From Candidatus Moraniibacteriota bacterium (lineage in GTDB: Bacteria; Patescibacteriota; Minisyncoccia; Moranbacterales; UBA1568), in the NCBI GenBank assembly GCA_023261695.1, contig JAHFON010000004.1:1-55804 (forward strand): DNA of 55,804 nt. Direction: 5' to 3'. The translations under genes and the position numbers were made by a program. Below the pieces are notes generated by a model. The model made no database searches. It was given only the letters and a program-made list of their open reading frames with translations, and was not told the origin of the DNA. This document shows positions 1-8,290 of this stretch, piece after piece. The number at the start of each line of letters is the position of its first letter. Position 1 is the stretch's first letter.

Positions 1-2
1 TT

Positions 3-113
3 TGGAATACTCCCTATGAATGGTTAGAGTTTTACAATTTTGAAAGAATCCATCTTACTTTAAATGGATTAACTCCCCAAGAGAAACTGGAAAGTGTCAC
101 CATTAAAGGTTGA
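3..113 (+). mobile_element. 3' end of an IS transposase gene (rve/DDE integrase-type C-terminus), truncated by the window edge
   Basis: Frame 3 reads WNTPYEWLEFYNFERIHLTLNGLTPQEKLESVTIKG with stop TGA at 111-113. The YNxxRxHxxLxGxTPxE tail is the conserved C-terminal signature of IS3/IS481-type transposases. Only 36 codons are visible. Confidence 0.5.
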
Positions 114-134
114 CTATACGAAATTGCCGTACAA

Positions 135-857
135 CTATGCCTTGATCCATTCGAAAAACAAAGCGGTGGCTTGCCGCACTTCACGAAATTCATTTCCGTT
201 CACCCGCAGACGGACCAGCGATTCCAATTTGTTGAAGAGAAAAATGCGCATCAACTTGATCGCGCTCTCGCTTACCGGAAAAGTGTTTTGAACAGAATTT
301 ATATGCTCGCCAGCCAGCACTCCACCGGCGCTCGGACTGAAAAAATGCTGTTCGCCGGAGTGAAGTTTATCACCCGACACGACGCAAACTCCGGTTTCAA
401 TCATATATCCGAGCCGCGCAAAAAGCTGAAAAAGAAACCCTTCCGCCAAAATCAACGCTTTGTCTTTATTTTTCTTTCCGGCCAAATCGTCAGTCAACGT
501 GAGATATGTCGTAAGCAATTGAAACAATTCCGCGTCAGCCTCGTCCCATTCCACCAGCCGCTCAAACATATTCACCGTTTCCAACACGCGTTTCAGAATG
601 TCCGCATCGCTTCGCAGATGAACGAAGTTTTTTTCTGCCACGGCTCCGGCAATCTTGCCCGTACCCCTTCCCTTCACAACAATCACCAGTCCCTGCATCA
701 GAGTTTCCAGCTGTCCCGCCAATTTCGCCTCCTGTTTGCGCACCCCTTTGGCCACCAGTTGCACCTTGCCTTGCTCCAATGTGTACAGCATATACAAGCG
801 GTCGGTTTCTCCCACCTCTTTTTTTTTCAAAACAATGGCGTTATAGCGAAGTTCCAT
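135..857 (-). CDS. recO: DNA repair/recombination protein RecO
   Basis: 240-aa ORF with ATG at 857. The N-terminus MELRYNAIVLKKKEVGETDRLYMLYTLEQGKVQLVAKGVRK matches the RecO OB-fold pattern, and length and layout are typical. Confidence 0.8.
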   Translation of the reverse strand: MELRYNAIVLKKKEVGETDRLYMLYTLEQGKVQLVAKGVRKQEAKLAGQLETLMQGLVIVVKGRGTGKIAGAVAEKNFVHLRSDADILKRVLETVNMFERLVEWDEADAELFQLLTTYLTLTDDLAGKKNKDKALILAEGFLFQLFARLGYMIETGVCVVSGDKLHSGEQHFFSPSAGGVLAGEHINSVQNTFPVSESAIKLMRIFLFNKLESLVRLRVNGNEFREVRQATALFFEWIKA

Positions 858-874
858 ACGGTTTTCTTATCAAC

Positions 875-3853
875 CTATCGCTTCAAAGTAAAGACAAATC
901 CTTCTCCTTCTATTTCAACCGTTTCGTTATATTCAGCATTAGCAAGATCGCCTTTTTGAACAGAAGTTGCGAGAACTTCTTTGGAAATTTCCTGTTCAAA
1001 TTTCTCAAAAACCTTTTCTTTGCCCTGATAACCAAGCGTGATACGATCTTCCACGTTGAATCCGGCTTTCTTGCGGCCTTCTTGAATAGCCCGAATAATC
1101 TCCCGCGCCTCACCTTCAAGTTTTAATTCTTCGGTGATGTTGGTATCAAGAACAATATCATTAACTAATATCTGATCAGATACAATAATTTTTTTAACAT
1201 TCAATTCTTCTGCTATAATTTCCCGCATTTCGCCTGATATTTGATATTTGATATTTGATACACTTAGCGGCTGTCTCACTTTAATTTTTGCGTCCGCGCG
1301 AAGTTTTAGACCCTGTGTGACTAAATCACGAGTGCGTTGCATTTCTTCATTCAATTTCTTATCAATCAATTCTTCTCTGACTGTCGGCCAATCGGCGAGA
1401 TGAACCGACCCGCCCGCATCACTACGTGAAGCGTTTCGGGCAGGCTCTTCCCCTATCAGATTCCTATATATCTCTTCCGCGAGAAACGGTGTAAACGGCG
1501 CCATCAGTTTCGCAAGCGTTACCAAGACATCATAAAGAGTTTGATAAGCGTTTTCTTTATCGCTATCGTCTTCCGATTTCCAGAAGCGTTTGCGCGAGCG
1601 GCGAATATACCAATTGGAAAGATTGTCAATAAATGGCGCGAGAGAACGAGCCGCGCGATTTAGTTCGTATTTCCCCAAAGAGTCGTCCGTTTCCCGTATC
1701 AGAAGTTGCAATTCGGAAAGAATCCACTTGTCCAAAATATTTTCCGAAGCCGCGCGGTCAGATTTAGATTGCCAATTATCTATATTGGCATACATCACAA
1801 AAAACGAATACGAATTCCACAACATTCTGAACATATTGCGGCTCACGTCCGTGAGCTCGTGTTCTGAAAAATTAAGATTCTCTGCCGCCACTACCGGAGA
1901 AGACAAAAGATAATAACGCAAAACATCCGCCCCGTACTTGTTTATGATTTCCCTCGGATCCGGATAATTTTGCAGTCGCTTGGACATTTTCTTGCCATTT
2001 TCCGCCAGCACTATACCATTCACGATAACGTTTTTGAAAGCGTGGCTGTCTTTGATGCTCGTCGCAATAATATGCAAATAGTAAAACCAAGCCCGTGTTT
2101 GATCCACGCCCTCCGCGATAAAATCCGCAGGAAAATTCTTTTCAAATTTCTCTTGATTCTCAAAAGGATAGTGCGCTTGCGCATACGGCATTGAGCCGGA
2201 GTCAAACCAGGTGTCCAATACATCCGGTACACGCCGCATCACACTACCACATTTTTCACACGGAAACGTAATCTGATCCACGACATGTTTGTGCAGGTCA
2301 TTTATTTTTTGCCCACTCAATTCTTCTAATTCTTTCACTACTCCAAACACTTTTATTTCTTTACATTCGCCACATTTCCATATAGGCAGAACGCTCGCCC
2401 AATATCTCTGCCGCGAAATAGACCAGTCGCGGGCGCCCGCAAGCCAATTGCCAAAACGACCCTCTTTAATATGTGACGGCGACCAATTTATTTCTTTTGC
2501 CAGTGCCAATGCCTTGTCTTTGACCTTGCCCACATTCACAAACCAAGAAGACGTCGCGTAATTGATTAGCGGTGTGTCGCATCTCCAGCAATGCGGATAG
2601 CTGTGTTCATACTTTTCTTTGGAAAAAAGTTTTCCCTCGCGCGCCAGATGTTTAATAATTCCCACATCCGTGGCTTGCGGACTTTCTTTAGGTTTTACCG
2701 ACATTCCCGCGAAATCAGTTGCTTCCTCTTTTATTGCGCCGTCCATTTTCACATGTTGAACAAACGGCAAGCTCTCTTGTTTACCAAGTTCCATATCATC
2801 CTCCCCAAATGCCGGCGCGATATGCACTATGCCGGTTCCTTCCTCCGTTGTCACAAAACCCGCCGCGTATATTTTCCAGCCGTTCTTATGATTCGCAAGC
2901 GCTGTGTCTTTGGCATAATAGTTGAACAGTGGCTTGTAGGACTTACCGACCAATGCCTCGCCAAAAAACTCGGCTATAACCTCTGGTGGCACTGGAGGAA
3001 CTTCCGTCTCCTTCAATTCTTTTACTGATGGGAATAGCTTTGCCGTATTACTCTCATATATTGATTTCGCCAAAATAAATAGATTCGCATTGCCTTTCTC
3101 ATCGTTATAACGAACTTTCACATACTCGATGTCCTTCCCCACGGCCAAAGCCACATTCCCCGGCAGTGTCCACGGCGTCGTCGTCCAAGCAAGAAGAAAT
3201 GTTTGCGGTTCATCAACAAGCTCAAACTTCGCTACCACTGAAAAATCTTTTACCATTTTATAACCCTCCGCTACTTCCGACTGCGACAAGGTAGTTTCGC
3301 ACCGCGGACAAATATGCATCACGCGATAACTTTCGTAAACTAAACCCTTGTCCCACAATTGTTTGAAGGCCCACCAAACACTCTCCATATAATCACGGTC
3401 CATCGTCTTGTACGCATCGTCCATATCAGCCCATCGCCCGAAACGACGAATAACTTTTTTCCATTCCGCGACATATTCCAACACCTTGGAACGGCATATC
3501 TCATTGAATTTTTCCACCCCCAATGTTTCAATCTCTTTTTTGCGCGTGATATCCAATTCTTTTTCCGCAATGTTCTCTATGGGTAAACCATGACAATCCC
3601 AGCCCCATTTGCGTTCCACCTGAAAACCTTTCATCGTGAAATAACGCGGCACCGTGTCCTTGATGGCGCTCGCTACGATATGTCCGTAGTGCGGCGTGCC
3701 GGTGGCAAATGGCGGCCCATCGTAAAAACTATAGCGCGGTTTGCCTGCGCGATTCGTTACCGACTTTTCAAAGATTTTATTTTCATCCCAAAACTTGAGA
3801 ATCTCTTCCTCCATCTGCGGAAAATTCATTTTGGCATCAACTTTTTTGAACAT
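875..3853 (-). CDS. ileS: Isoleucine--tRNA ligase (type 2 IleRS)
   Basis: Carries the class I aaRS signatures PHYGHIV (HIGH) and KMSKR (KMSKS), plus the conserved MNFPQMEEEILKFWDENKIFEKS N-terminus. The ORF is open to 3919, but I chose ATG 3853 (MFKKVDAKMNFPQ) so it does not overlap the upstream gene ending at 3870. Confidence 0.95.
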   Translation of the reverse strand: MFKKVDAKMNFPQMEEEILKFWDENKIFEKSVTNRAGKPRYSFYDGPPFATGTPHYGHIVASAIKDTVPRYFTMKGFQVERKWGWDCHGLPIENIAEKELDITRKKEIETLGVEKFNEICRSKVLEYVAEWKKVIRRFGRWADMDDAYKTMDRDYMESVWWAFKQLWDKGLVYESYRVMHICPRCETTLSQSEVAEGYKMVKDFSVVAKFELVDEPQTFLLAWTTTPWTLPGNVALAVGKDIEYVKVRYNDEKGNANLFILAKSIYESNTAKLFPSVKELKETEVPPVPPEVIAEFFGEALVGKSYKPLFNYYAKDTALANHKNGWKIYAAGFVTTEEGTGIVHIAPAFGEDDMELGKQESLPFVQHVKMDGAIKEEATDFAGMSVKPKESPQATDVGIIKHLAREGKLFSKEKYEHSYPHCWRCDTPLINYATSSWFVNVGKVKDKALALAKEINWSPSHIKEGRFGNWLAGARDWSISRQRYWASVLPIWKCGECKEIKVFGVVKELEELSGQKINDLHKHVVDQITFPCEKCGSVMRRVPDVLDTWFDSGSMPYAQAHYPFENQEKFEKNFPADFIAEGVDQTRAWFYYLHIIATSIKDSHAFKNVIVNGIVLAENGKKMSKRLQNYPDPREIINKYGADVLRYYLLSSPVVAAENLNFSEHELTDVSRNMFRMLWNSYSFFVMYANIDNWQSKSDRAASENILDKWILSELQLLIRETDDSLGKYELNRAARSLAPFIDNLSNWYIRRSRKRFWKSEDDSDKENAYQTLYDVLVTLAKLMAPFTPFLAEEIYRNLIGEEPARNASRSDAGGSVHLADWPTVREELIDKKLNEEMQRTRDLVTQGLKLRADAKIKVRQPLSVSNIKYQISGEMREIIAEELNVKKIIVSDQILVNDIVLDTNITEELKLEGEAREIIRAIQEGRKKAGFNVEDRITLGYQGKEKVFEKFEQEISKEVLATSVQKGDLANAEYNETVEIEGEGFVFTLKR

Positions 3854-3869
3854 ACACATATAAAAAATA

Positions 3870-4568
3870 TTAACTTCTCTCAACAGACATTTGAAGTCTG
3901 ATAAGATCTCGTACATCAAGAACTGTTATGTTTTTTTCTTGAATGAATTGCTCAGCGCCTATCGTCACGCCATTCAATGTAACCAAGAACGCCTCAACTA
4001 CATTTAGATGCTGCATAACCCCATATAAATCCCTGACTACACTCGGGCCAATCGGTTTCTTATAAGCTTTACATTGAACGATTGCTTTTTTTTCATCATT
4101 CCTAATATAAATATCCACGCCCCCATCACCAGAACCTCTTGTAACATCAGCCTGATACCCAACTTGCTTAAAAAGATGTGCCACCTCATGCTCAAATTTA
4201 TACCCATCAAGCGAAAACCAGAATTGCTCTTTTGTCCTTATAAACCATTCTTTATATTGTTCTACACTTTTTCTATAAGCTTGAATCTTTTTTTCTAGGC
4301 TTTTTAAATCATCGGTAAAGTAATGATTATTTAAAAAATATCGAGATATCGTACGAAACAGCCCCCAAAATAAAGCCGGGGCAATCCCTGATATATAAAA
4401 AAGCACAGTGGCTTCCCAATTAAAAAAATATAGAATGGTGGGAGCTAAAAGAATCAACGCCCATTTAGCGTACACCGAGGACATTTGTTCAATTTTTTCG
4501 TTTAGAGAATCAATCTTTTCAAAATCTCTTTGATCCAGATTATATTCTTGAACATCCGGTTTTTTCAT
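3870..4568 (-). CDS. Membrane-anchored Mrr-like restriction endonuclease domain protein (PD-(D/E)xK)
   Basis: The C-terminal half has the Mrr_cat pattern FEHEVAHLFKQVGY...GSGDGGVDIYI...AIVQCKAYK (E, D, QxK). The N-terminal half has hydrophobic spans (WALILLAPTILYFF, VLFYISGIAPALFWGLF) and a charged helical linker. Confidence 0.7.
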   Translation of the reverse strand: MKKPDVQEYNLDQRDFEKIDSLNEKIEQMSSVYAKWALILLAPTILYFFNWEATVLFYISGIAPALFWGLFRTISRYFLNNHYFTDDLKSLEKKIQAYRKSVEQYKEWFIRTKEQFWFSLDGYKFEHEVAHLFKQVGYQADVTRGSGDGGVDIYIRNDEKKAIVQCKAYKKPIGPSVVRDLYGVMQHLNVVEAFLVTLNGVTIGAEQFIQEKNITVLDVRDLIRLQMSVERS

Positions 4569-4644
4569 AAAACACTCTCGCTAAACTAATTTTCAGTTTG
4601 GCTATAACAACGAGGCAAATAAGAATGAACACATAGAAACTCGT

Positions 4645-5307
4645 TCATTCGACTTTCACTACCTGGCCATTTTCGAGACGTTTGAGACTATAACGATTCA
4701 GAAGCTCTTGCTCGATTTTCTTGTCGCCATGTTCTTGCCGCTTGATACGCTGGAACTTATCTGCCGCCGATAACGTCTGTTCGCTTTCCATCTTCGTCAG
4801 AAGCGATTTCTGCAGCCGATCAAAAAGAAAATTCAATTCTTTACATCGCAACTTCAAACAAACTACTGCTGGCAGATGCGGATCAAGCGGATAGAACGGC
4901 AGGCTTTCGATATCCATCCTCACTGAACTCCTGTGCCCCGTTCCTCCCACCTCTCTCTCCTCCATTTTCCCCGTTCCGCCCCTTTCTCCCATTATTCCCT
5001 TTAGCCCCACCAGTTCCGGATACATACCCTTCCAAATATCATCGCAATCCTCCTCCAGCTCTGAATTTGCTCCCATCGAAAATCCCAGGAAATCATAATA
5101 CTCTTTACTCGAATTGCGTTTCCATCCCTCAACGATATTCTGCTTCACAGAACGGGCAGAGCGATCCATCTGATCAGCGAGCGCAACCAAGGTTTTCGTT
5201 CTCGGGAACTGATGCGTCAGTCCGACGCAGTCCCATTGTAATTCCTCAGCCTTCTTGTACACCAAAAGTTCGCGGTATCCGTACGGTTTTCGAGTTGGTT
5301 TGATCAT
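4645..5307 (-). CDS. Four-helix-bundle protein (23S rRNA intervening-sequence protein / Avd-like family) with a Gly/Glu-rich insertion
   Basis: N-terminal pattern YRELLVYKKAEELQWDCVGLTHQFPRTKTLVALADQMDRSARSVKQNIVEGWKRNSSKEYYDFLGFSMGANSELE matches the family signature (FP...aDQ..RSa.Si..NI.EG). At 220 aa it is roughly twice the usual length, owing to an insert GIMGERGGTGKMEEREVGGTG and a C-terminal extension. Confidence 0.75.
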   Translation of the reverse strand: MIKPTRKPYGYRELLVYKKAEELQWDCVGLTHQFPRTKTLVALADQMDRSARSVKQNIVEGWKRNSSKEYYDFLGFSMGANSELEEDCDDIWKGMYPELVGLKGIMGERGGTGKMEEREVGGTGHRSSVRMDIESLPFYPLDPHLPAVVCLKLRCKELNFLFDRLQKSLLTKMESEQTLSAADKFQRIKRQEHGDKKIEQELLNRYSLKRLENGQVVKVE

Positions 5308-5385
5308 AAGCTAGGACAAAAGAGGCAAAGGGGAAGCAACGGGCGAAAAGGGAAGAATGGGTAAAAATCAAAGATGATAAATAAG

Positions 5386-5421
5386 AAAACAAAAAACCCT
5401 AACACAAAACTCGTGCTAAGG
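5386..5421 (-). terminator. Intrinsic terminator ending the 5390-5645 RNA candidate
   Basis: The minus strand reads CCUUAGCAC-GAGUUUU-GUGUUAGGG (9 bp including 2 G-U pairs), followed by UUUUUUGUUUU. Confidence 0.6.
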
Positions 5422-5645
5422 ACCCTGAACATAGTCGACGGGTGGTACCACCTTGCTTCGATTCGGCCAAAACCGAATCCTTATTTTATGCGCTGTCACG
5501 GGCGCTGTCCGCTTGTAGCGGATACCCGGCAGAGTCTACGGCCAAAAGGCTTTCTTTCTGCGGCTCGGCACGAGATACGTATAAGCGGATTTTCGTGCCG
5601 AAGGAGTGATATCTCCATACTTTGGAAGGGACTCCGCCATCACCT
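5390..5645 (-). ncRNA. Candidate structured non-coding RNA or long 5' leader, class unknown
   Basis: This 380-nt gap has no credible ORF. On the minus strand there is a promoter-like TTGATC (5681-5676), an 18-nt spacer and TACAAT (5657-5652). At least five local hairpins follow: CGGCACGA/TCGTGCCG (5566-5600), GATTCGG/CCGAATC (5460-5479), CCGC/GCGG (5509-5521), GCGC/GCGC (5490-5505), and the 12-nt palindrome GGTGGTACCACC (5441-5452). The element ends in a 9-bp stem plus U-tract intrinsic terminator (5386-5421). Confidence 0.5.
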
Positions 5646-5688
5646 TTCAAAATTGTATAATCACTATAACACAAAGATCAACGAATAA

Positions 5689-6252
5689 TCAATATTCCCA
5701 CACCACTTCCGTACACGAACCTTTCTTTGGATACCAGCCGGTGGCCGAGCGACCGGGAGCTTCGTTGGTCAAAATACCGTGCAACTGTTCCAGCGGATCA
5801 CCATGCGAAACAACAATCACTTTTTTTCCGGCATATTTTTCTCGCATATCATCAAGAAAACTTTTCAACCGACCGCGCATATCAATAAAACTTTCAATGC
5901 CGTCCGCCGGATCAGGACTGATGCGCTCTTCCGCGTCCGGATATTTTTTCAGAAGTTCCCGCTGGGCTTTTTCGTTAAATACGCCAAATCCCGCTTCACG
6001 TAAACGTTCATCAAATTTTACTTGCAATCCGGTTGCGGAAGCTATTATTTCCGAAGTTTCTTGGGTGCGCCGCAAGGGCGAACTGAAAATAACATCCGCA
6101 TCAACCCCAGAGAGGAACTTCGCGGTTTCCGCCGCTTGTTCCCGGCCGCGGGGCGTCAAAGAATACTTTTCAATTTCCGGCGAAGAATTAAGAATGGAAC
6201 GAATATTATTCTCCGCCTCTCCGTGTCTGACGAGATAAAATGTGATTTCCAT
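5689..6252 (-). CDS. Histidine phosphatase family protein (phosphoglycerate mutase-like)
   Basis: Contains the LVRHGEAENN catalytic RHG motif near the N-terminus and VVSHG later. The 187-aa length is typical of the family. Confidence 0.85.
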   Translation of the reverse strand: MEITFYLVRHGEAENNIRSILNSSPEIEKYSLTPRGREQAAETAKFLSGVDADVIFSSPLRRTQETSEIIASATGLQVKFDERLREAGFGVFNEKAQRELLKKYPDAEERISPDPADGIESFIDMRGRLKSFLDDMREKYAGKKVIVVSHGDPLEQLHGILTNEAPGRSATGWYPKKGSCTEVVWEY

Positions 6253-6261
6253 AAACCTGAA

Positions 6262-6408
6262 TTAGTGCGCGAAGCGATACACATCCGCGCTCGCCGCAAT
6301 AATAAAAAACAGCGCAACCAAACCGACTGTTTTCACCACAAAATAAACCAGCGCCTCGTCCCAACTCAATTTTCTTTTATATTTGTTTTTGTATTTGTGT
6401 TTGGACAT
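6262..6408 (-). CDS. Small (48 aa) single-pass membrane protein; below the ORF-track cutoff
   Basis: Hand translation gives MSKHKYKNKYKRKLSWDEALVYFVVKTVGLVALFFIIAASADVYRFAH. Its ATG (6408-6406) overlaps the TAA stop of the upstream aldolase-family gene as TAATG, which suggests translational coupling. It has a basic N-terminus followed by one hydrophobic helix. Confidence 0.5.
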   Translation of the reverse strand: MSKHKYKNKYKRKLSWDEALVYFVVKTVGLVALFFIIAASADVYRFAH

Positions 6409-7001
6409 TATATTTGCTTGAAAATATTCAGAAGAATATCACCCGCCTCATCTAAAGTTTTGCCCCAACTAACTATGCCTCCCTCGTGGCCGCCCATCAC
6501 AAGGATCTTGTTGTCGCCCGCGTTCAATCTTTCTAATATTTTTTTGATTTCGTCCACCATTTTCAGAGTTCCAAATTCCGCATTTTTATCCGTTGTGGGC
6601 ACTTGGTCCATAAGCTTCTCCCAGAGTTTCAAATTGTGAATATGGATCACCGCATTGGTTTCCGGCGCGCCTTCATAAATTATAGCGTGGGATAAAGATT
6701 CCGAGGATGCTTTAATCGGTCCCCTGCAAGTCAGGCTGTTTTTCGCGAAATCATAATCCTCCACCAGACAATAATGATTTTCATTGAGCTGATCCAAACC
6801 GCCGGTTCCCGAACCGGAAATTATAAAATTATTGCTTCTCTCCCTGATACTGATATTGCCAAAACCAATGCCGTCGCAAATTCCAATTAATCCCAAGTGA
6901 TGTAATTTCTGCCGCCACTCATTGATCTCGCTAAGCCTGACCATTGGGATTGGCTGGCTCTGTATCAGATGACAATCAAATTTAATAAGACCTTCGTCCA
7001 T
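6408..7001 (-). CDS. Class II aldolase/adducin-domain protein (MtnB-like dehydratase/aldolase family)
   Basis: The 197-aa ORF contains GNISIRE...FIISGSGTG...SSESLSHAIIYE...AVIHIH, the pattern of the class II aldolase/adducin N-terminal domain. It lies directly downstream of the MtnA-family gene. Confidence 0.7.
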   Translation of the reverse strand: MDEGLIKFDCHLIQSQPIPMVRLSEINEWRQKLHHLGLIGICDGIGFGNISIRERSNNFIISGSGTGGLDQLNENHYCLVEDYDFAKNSLTCRGPIKASSESLSHAIIYEGAPETNAVIHIHNLKLWEKLMDQVPTTDKNAEFGTLKMVDEIKKILERLNAGDNKILVMGGHEGGIVSWGKTLDEAGDILLNIFKQI

Positions 7002-7033
7002 AACTTTAGTTTAGAGTTTGCGGTTTGCAGTTT

Positions 7034-8140
7034 TTAGCTTTTGTGTTCCGGATACAAATTAAGAATACTTTTTGCGTTAGCTTTGCAAATACCCCTCTCC
7101 GTGATCAACTCTGTGATATATTTCGCCGGAGTAACGTCAAATCCGTAATTGGCCGCGGGACTACCCTTGGGAGTAATTAAAACTTTCTCAACCCTGCCAT
7201 TGTGCAACCCATCCATATAAACCACTTCTTCGGATCCCCTTTCCTCAATGGGTATTTCTTTCACCCCATCCCGCATCTTCCAATCAAAAGTGGAAGACGG
7301 CAAAGCGACATAAAATGGCACTCCGTTAGCCTTAGCCGAGAGCGCTTTCAGGTAAGTGCCGATTTTATTCGCCACATCGCCGGTATAAGTAGTCCGATCC
7401 GTCCCCACAATGCACATATCCACCATTTTATGTTGCATCAAATGCCCGCCCACATTGTCCGCGATAATATGATGCGGCACGCCATGGTTCAGCAATTCCC
7501 AAGCGGTAAGTTTCGCCCCCTGACTTCTCGGCCGAGTTTCATCCACCCAAATATGCACTTTAATGCCGGCATCGTGCGCCGCGTAAATGGGAGCGGTCGC
7601 GGATCCATAGTCAACAAACGCCAGCCACCCCGCGTTACAATGAGTCAAGATGTTAACCGGTGCTCCTTTTTTCCTGCGGCTGATTGCCTTGATTATTTTC
7701 AGCCCGTGCTCTCCGATCATTCTGCAGTATTCCGCGTCCTCATCGGCAATATTGTTTGCCGTCTCAAAAGCAATTTTTATTTTATCCGCGATATTCTTTG
7801 ACTGCTTTATAGCGTTTAATTGCCGATCAACCGCCCAGGCGAGATTAACGGCGGTAGGTCTCGTGTTTTTCAGCTGCTTACCGGCGCGCGCCATAAAAGC
7901 ATTAAAATTATTTTTCGGCGCTTGGAGCGATGCCAGATACATTCCGTAACCGGCCGTGGCGCCTATCAGACCCGCGCCTCTCACATGCATATCTTTTATC
8001 GCTTGAGCCGCATCCTCAACGAACTTCAAGTTTTCCACGACAAATTTATGCGGGAGACTCCTTTGGTCAATGATCTGAATGACTCTTTTATCATTTTTCT
8101 TAACCCAGATCGTGCGATAATGTTTTCCTTTGATATTCAT
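7034..8140 (-). CDS. eIF-2B alpha/beta/delta-family sugar-phosphate isomerase (S-methyl-5-thioribose-1-P isomerase MtnA or ribose-1,5-bisphosphate isomerase)
   Basis: N-terminus ...IQIIDQRSLPHKFVVENLKFVEDAAQAIKDMHVRGAGLIGATAGYGM, plus TRPTAVNL, THCNAG and VGTDR motifs, are typical of the MtnA/e2b2 family. Confidence 0.85.
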   Translation of the reverse strand: MNIKGKHYRTIWVKKNDKRVIQIIDQRSLPHKFVVENLKFVEDAAQAIKDMHVRGAGLIGATAGYGMYLASLQAPKNNFNAFMARAGKQLKNTRPTAVNLAWAVDRQLNAIKQSKNIADKIKIAFETANNIADEDAEYCRMIGEHGLKIIKAISRRKKGAPVNILTHCNAGWLAFVDYGSATAPIYAAHDAGIKVHIWVDETRPRSQGAKLTAWELLNHGVPHHIIADNVGGHLMQHKMVDMCIVGTDRTTYTGDVANKIGTYLKALSAKANGVPFYVALPSSTFDWKMRDGVKEIPIEERGSEEVVYMDGLHNGRVEKVLITPKGSPAANYGFDVTPAKYITELITERGICKANAKSILNLYPEHKS

Positions 8141-8290
8141 AAAAAAACCAAGTATTTTGGTTACGCGTCACGCTACACCGTGTGTTTCTATCGTAACATA
8201 AAATGGAAACCAGAAAAAGAAAGAGCGGGATTGCAAAAAATTGCTATTCCGCGGCAATTTCGCTAGAGTGAAAGAAGAAATTCATAAATT

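Noticed and set aside
1236-1260. A 7-nt tandem repeat (GATATTT x 3.6) inside ileS.
   Set aside because: It lies in frame within an essential gene and encodes ...SNIKYQIS.... A heptamer slip would frameshift IleRS. It is most likely a chance AT-rich repeat, not a contingency locus.
4645-5307. Whether the four-helix-bundle (Avd-like) gene marks a diversity-generating retroelement, with the adjacent RNA as the template repeat.
   Set aside because: No reverse transcriptase gene is present in the window. I found no second copy (VR) of the 5390-5645 sequence elsewhere. The segment is not adenine-rich in the way template repeats are. The IVS-protein family is common as stand-alone genes.
5390-5645. 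Whether the structured RNA candidate is RNase P RNA, SRP RNA, 6S RNA or an M-box riboswitch.
   Set aside because: Neither strand has the RNase P P4 strands (GGAAAGUCC / ACAGAAnCCGGCUUA). Neither has the SRP helix-8 GNRA-AGCA motif. There is a short GUAUGGAGAUA match to the B. subtilis M-box and GCAGAAAG / GAAGCAAGG resemblances to RNase P S-domain strings. These are isolated and out of context, and the downstream gene is not a Mg transporter. The class is left open pending a covariance-model scan.
8231-8269. Candidate smpB promoter (TTGCTA-N17-TAGAGT) in the divergent mtnA/smpB intergenic region.
   Set aside because: The hexamers are weak and alternative alignments exist. It was not reported as a feature without transcript-start evidence.
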